The notes beneath the pieces are model-generated. The model was not told the origin of the DNA, did no database searches, and saw only the letters and a program-made list of their open reading frames with translations. From Amoebophrya sp. A120 (taxonomy: Eukaryota > Protista > Dinoflagellata), in assembly GCA_905178155.1 (NCBI GenBank), contig CAJINV010000005.1, positions 4,713,394 through 4,777,393 of the forward strand: a stretch of DNA of 64,000 nt, written 5' to 3'. Each line of letters begins with the position of its first letter. The stretch's first letter is position 1. Both the position numbers and the translations under genes were made by a program. Below, piece by piece: positions 59,301 through 64,000 of this stretch.

Positions 59301-62300
59301 TCAGCGTTGAAACCATTCCGCCGGCCCCAACTCGTCCGTATCCGCCCTGTTCCTACTTCCTCCCCCGACTCCGCTGGTATCCGTATCTTTATCGGCAGCA
59401 CTCGCGGCGGCTCTTTCGCGGGAGGCTTTGTGGGAATCCTCGAACGGCTGTTGCACTTCGTCGTTGACCTCCTCAACTACTGCGGGATGAGCTTTTGATG
59501 CCGCTTCAACACCCGGCCGTAAATCCCTCTCCTGATATTCGGCTCCTTCTGCCCGATGCAGGCTGTCGTTGGCATTATTTCTCTGGTTTGAACTACACTG
59601 CTGCTTCGATTTTATTTCCCGACCACGTCCCCTCGGGAGCCTGTTCGACGCAATGGGCATACCCATGCCGAGGCAGACGCTCATTGCGGTTCGCTCCTGA
59701 AGCATCACGGGAAGGAGAAACCGGTCCAGCACTTGCTGTTTCTTCCTCGCTATCAACTGCAAAAATGTCTGGGTCTGGAAGGACGGAACTTGTGATGCGC
59801 ATCTTACACCACACAAAAATTCCTCATGCATAGACAGCAAGAGTTGCCCACTTTTGTCATCGAAAAATAGGCGATTTGTCATGCGGATTAGGCATCGACG
59901 CAGCTTCTCAAAACTTGTAATGCTAGTGAGACCTTGCTTGCCAGAACTTCCGGGTCATGGAAAAACAGCATGACAAAAATGTCCATCCTTCCAGACCCAG
60001 ACACTTTTGCATTTGATACTCGCTTGCTCAGACGAGGAACACAACTCTCGGTCTGGCTTGACGTGGTTGGATGATGAGCTGCTTGACGAGGATGAACTGT
60101 TGGAAAAGGATGAAGAGGAATTGGTTTTCTTGTTCTTTTTGCGACGACGGCCGTTCATTTCATCTTGAAAAGCTTGCTCGTCTTCTTTCGCGGTGTCTAC
60201 TAGTTGTACATTATCCTCGCAGAAGGCTTTATTCTTGCTCCCAGCGCTCCTGCAAGAGTCGTGATCTTTTCTTTCCCAAGAAAGCCAACTCGAAGCGGAT
60301 GCTGCCGTAGGTGCAGGGTCAAGAGCCGGAGCTTGTTGCTGTTCCAATCCGTGTAAAAAGTCATTTCCTCGTGTCGTGGTTTGCTTGTTCGTCCGGTAAT
60401 CAAAATCCCGGGAAGTAGTCGACGTAGCAGCTTGGTGAGGCAGGCTAGACGAGCCAATGTAGTTGTTGTTTTTGATCATGATGTCATGGTCGCTGTTATT
60501 CGTCATCTTCATGTCAGTATTGTCACTACCTTCGTACGTGTCCACTAAATCCCGCCAATACGCGTCTTCGTCCTCTGCCGCGAGGGAGGGAAAGGATTTC
60601 CAGGAGGAGTATGGATTGCAAAAATGTCTGGGTCTGGAGCAGAAGTTTGTCATGCAGATTTTGCATCATCCATGAGGTCTGTGATGCATGCCCGAGCATC
60701 AGAGATTTTGCGACGGCTTTCTGATGCTCATACCGCATGAGAAATGCCCTCTCCGCGGAGCACAAATTACACCTCTTTTGCTGTTCATGCAATACAGATT
60801 TTATGTAGATTCCAAAAGTAGCATCACGAGTTTGTACTCTTCCAGACCCAGACATTTTTGCATTTGATAAAGAGTAGTTCGAATCGATTGGAGGCTCGTG
60901 GTCGATTTCCACGTGCATTTCATCTTCATCACCAGCACCGTCGCCATCAACAGTGTGGAAAAATGCAGCATGCTGTGGGTTCTCTGCCGAGTCGGACACT
61001 ATCCACTTTCCTTCACTAATCCTACCGTCGGGATTTTCCTTCGCAGTCGAGGATCCGACTAGAAGCAATTCCTCCACTTCCGTAGACGATTTAGAAGACT
61101 TCCGCGAGGAAGAGGAAAATCCGCTCGAAGAACCCTGAAGCAAAGCCCCCCGCAGGTTCGCTTCCGGACCAGGAACCAAAAGATCATGCGACGACAGAAC
61201 ATCGTGATCATTTTTTCCGTCACGATTTTTTCCCGCCTGCGGACACTGGTGGAAGTCGCGAGTAGTAGAGATGAAAGTTGGCTGCTCATCCAGTTGTTCG
61301 TCCACGTCCTGCTGTTCAACTACAAAATCTGTAGTTTCTACAAGCGACCGCTGCTCCGCCGATGCGGACTCCTTCGTCGAGCAAGAACTGGCAGAAGGGG
61401 CGGCTTGGCGAGTAGTTTTGATCTTTGTTCCTTCTCCTGCACTTTTGAGCTCACCTGGAAGAACACTGATGTTGCTTCTGCTCTCCACCTCCATGTCCAC
61501 CTCTTCCACCTCTAACGCCACTTTGTGTCTGCTCGCCGACCAGTTCGACCTGTCTTGCATCATTTGCTCCTCGCCGTGCTGTAGCTGGTTCTGGCTCTTG
61601 TGATGAAAAGTAGAGATTTCCGACTCCAATTGCGTCAGCCGGAGCAAGATTTCCTGTTCTTCTACAGAAAAGTCTGCTAAATCTGCATGATCGTCCTCTA
61701 GGACCTCCGCGACCGGATGAAACTGATCTTGCTGCTGTGACACGGCGGGGCGGAGCATGTTGGTGTTTTCCGCAGCGGGATGATCATGAACACCCGTACT
61801 ACCACTACTAGTACTTCCACTTCCTGGAAGCTGCGCGTGATTTTGATTATCCGCCTGATGACAGGAACGCGACGATTTCGATTTGTCATGCGACATGGGC
61901 GCGTTGTAACTTGAACTTCTGCTTGTACCTCCGGTAGTCTCTGCTTCTTGCGGTCGTGGTACTACACCGCCGCGGTCTCTCTCGCTCGCAGTTGTCGAAA
62001 TCTCATCGACGGAAAAATTTCTGGCTTTATTGAGTACTACTTCACTTGACGCGCCAGGAGCTCGTGCACCTCCGTGATCGACGAATTTTATATCCGTCTG
62101 ATTATCATACACCCATGTTGATTCAGAGATGGCTATACCTGCTCCACCAGCTCCGAGAACTTGAGAACTACGGTGGTCGTTGTTTCCTTCATGCTCCTGC
62201 GCGGAGGTCTTTGTCGACTTTGTCTTGCTAGAAGAGGAAGAGGAGGAGGATGCAGACGCTTTCGTCTTTCCACGACCGCCCGCTGCACTCCCTAAGTTCA

Positions 62301-64000
62301 TCTCTTCCAGAAGTTTCTCCAATTTCGCCTCATCGTCCCCTTCTTTCCCGGTGGTCAAAAACTCGAAGGTGCTAAGGTTAAGGGCTTCTAACGTCCGGAA
62401 CTGCCGTGTGACATCACGGTCATAGTTCTCCAGCAAATCCAGATGATCCATATCATCTTCCGGGTCCGGTTGTTGTGCTTCACCTTTTGATAATTTCAAC
62501 ATTTTGATTTTGCAAATGCACAACACAAATAAGCCTACAATTCTGTCTTGCAGCAATCGGCATGAAGCATACGTGTTCTTTGTCAAGCCAAAATCCTATA
62601 CCATCAATTGTTTATTGTCATGCCAAAATCCTATAGTACCATCTTCGCCGCCGACCACCAGCACTACTCGCCTTCCTTGGTTCGTTTTCACCGGGAAATC
62701 GAACCCGCTTTTTGGCAAGTCGATCATCACCGCTTGAGAGCCCATCCGGCCTTGCCGCAGACTCGGACCAGGGATGGCTGTTTTTGGTTGTATGTAAGGC
62801 TTTTTTTGTCTTTGTCATGCTGAATGACAAAAAAGAAAAACTCTTGGTCTAGAAGGTGAGAAGTCAAGCATGTTCTATGTTCTTGCTCCTCAACAACACA
62901 GACAACTTTGTTCAGCAAATTAAACTCAATACTTTTCTTCGGAGTCCACTCTCTTTCCTGCTGGGAACCTCCAGAGTGGTCTCCATTTCCTCTATTTCCC
63001 GATCCTGTCCCATCATTCGTTCCCGCTAGCCGGTCCAAAAACACGCGTATCCCGTCCCCACGCTGGTGCCCAGGTGCGTCGTTTCCCCTCCCACGACGCG
63101 GCTGGCGTTGGCGGTTTTCCTCGTCCATATCATCCGTGTCTCGCAACGTGTAGCCCCCCGTGTCCGACAGAATCCACCGCTCCAGCAACCTTTTGTCTAC
63201 CTCCTGCAGCGGGCTCTCGTTGTCGCTGTCGTGCGAGAGCAGCTCCCGCGCGTCCCGGTTTCTCAGCGGAGATGGGGGCGGTTCGGAGGAGAAAGAGCTG
63301 CTGCTGGAACAGCTGGGGCTCCTACTGCTGCAACTGTTGAATTCTTGCGAGGAATCATTTAACGAGGAGGCGGAGGAAGAAGCACTGGAAGTCGCGTTCG
63401 TCGTTGTGCCCTTCTGCAACAGAAACGAACGGGAGGCTCTAGTGTTCGTTCTGCTCGTCGTTCTAGTTCTACCGCTGGTGGATATGATTTTGGGGATAGG
63501 AAGCAAGCGATTCTTGCTTTTTTTGCCGGGACCTCCATCAACAGGAGCGGCGCTTGTGGTTGAAGAACAACCCCCGGGTGGTGCAATCCACGCCGAGGAT
63601 GAACTTGAGCTCGTCCCAAAGGTGCTGCTACTACTTGTTTCGTCCCTTCTTGTAGTGGTTCCAGGAAGATGTTGATCAGTATAGTGGTCTTGCTCGAGCG
63701 CAACGGAACAATCCATCGAAGCAGTCGCCGAAGCACTGCTCGCAGAAGAAGATGAAGAAGCGTCGTGTCTGTCCCTTGTAGAACCGCCCGGCCGGGCTTT
63801 TCGTGACTTCTGTGCTCCGCGATCGAAATTTTTACCGCTTGCGGCCCTTCTAGAAGCGGCGGAAGACTATCAAGTGTAAAAGTGTCTGGGTCTGGAAGAT
63901 TACTAGATTTGTCATGCATATTTTCCATGACCCATGATGTGTGTCTGTGATGCATGCCGTAGCATCACAGATTTTTAGAGCGCTTCCTCATACCTATTCC
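59301..64000 (-). CDS. Partial large low-complexity multi-exon protein; 5' part beyond the window, 3' end and the 62480-62850 junctions uncertain
   Basis: ORFs 62727-63716, 60526-62586, 59955-60653 and 59301-59882; in-frame joins SNYS-SWKS and SEQA-RKKQ across introners. Confidence 0.55.
59751..60018. mobile_element. TIR introner, family A (inverted relative to 42922-43192)
   Basis: Family A TIRs; direct repeat CTCGC. Confidence 0.92.
60610..60869. mobile_element. TIR introner, family A
   Basis: Family A TIRs; flanks AGGAG/AAGAG. Confidence 0.9.
63868..64000. mobile_element. TIR introner, family A, truncated by the window edge
   Basis: TATCAAGTGTAAAAGTGTCTGGGTCTGGAAG followed by family A internal sequence. 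Confidence 0.85.

Noticed and set aside
62635-62780. Kelch-like words (GPSLRQGRMG...VLVVGGED) in a minus-strand frame
   Set aside because: Single isolated hint, and the upstream junction could not be placed in frame with confidence
15911-63955. Recurring peptides PDPDIFAFD, KCKYVWVWK, QTQTFLHL and NAKMSGSG in the ORF track
   Set aside because: They are translations of the family A TIR in different frames, not a protein repeat
1-64000. Autonomous transposase, reverse transcriptase, rRNA or tRNA genes
   Set aside because: No DDE, RT or structural RNA signature recognised in the window

Overview
Eukaryotic, gene-dense DNA in which every recognisable gene lies on the minus strand. The architecture suggests an Amoebophrya-like syndinean dinoflagellate; this is an inference, as no taxonomic marker was seen. 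The dominant signal is a system of about 29 non-canonical introns made from small non-autonomous terminal-inverted-repeat (TIR) elements (introners). Several unrelated TIR families nearly all start TAT and end ATA, and are flanked by a 5-bp direct repeat. Removing the element plus exactly one repeat copy rejoins the flanking ORFs in frame at every complete site I checked, usually without GT-AG ends and in either element orientation. Splicing by this rule reconstructs four genes: (i) a roughly 3,200-aa degenerate kinesin-like protein (14943-29934); (ii) an Mps1/TTK-like kinase followed by a transmembrane segment and a long tail (38540-45584, possibly continuing to about 33400); (iii) a small C10/C12orf57-like gene; (iv) a partial low-complexity gene at the right edge. 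The window also holds an intronless SPX plus nucleotide-sugar-transporter fusion, a tandem pair of intronless membrane-protein paralogs, two MITE-like insertions, and four tandem arrays (168, 225, 160 and 298 bp units). One array sits inside a GT-AG intron and one inside an introner. No transposase, rRNA, tRNA or CRISPR array was recognised. Protein family calls come from motifs recognised by eye, not from database searches.
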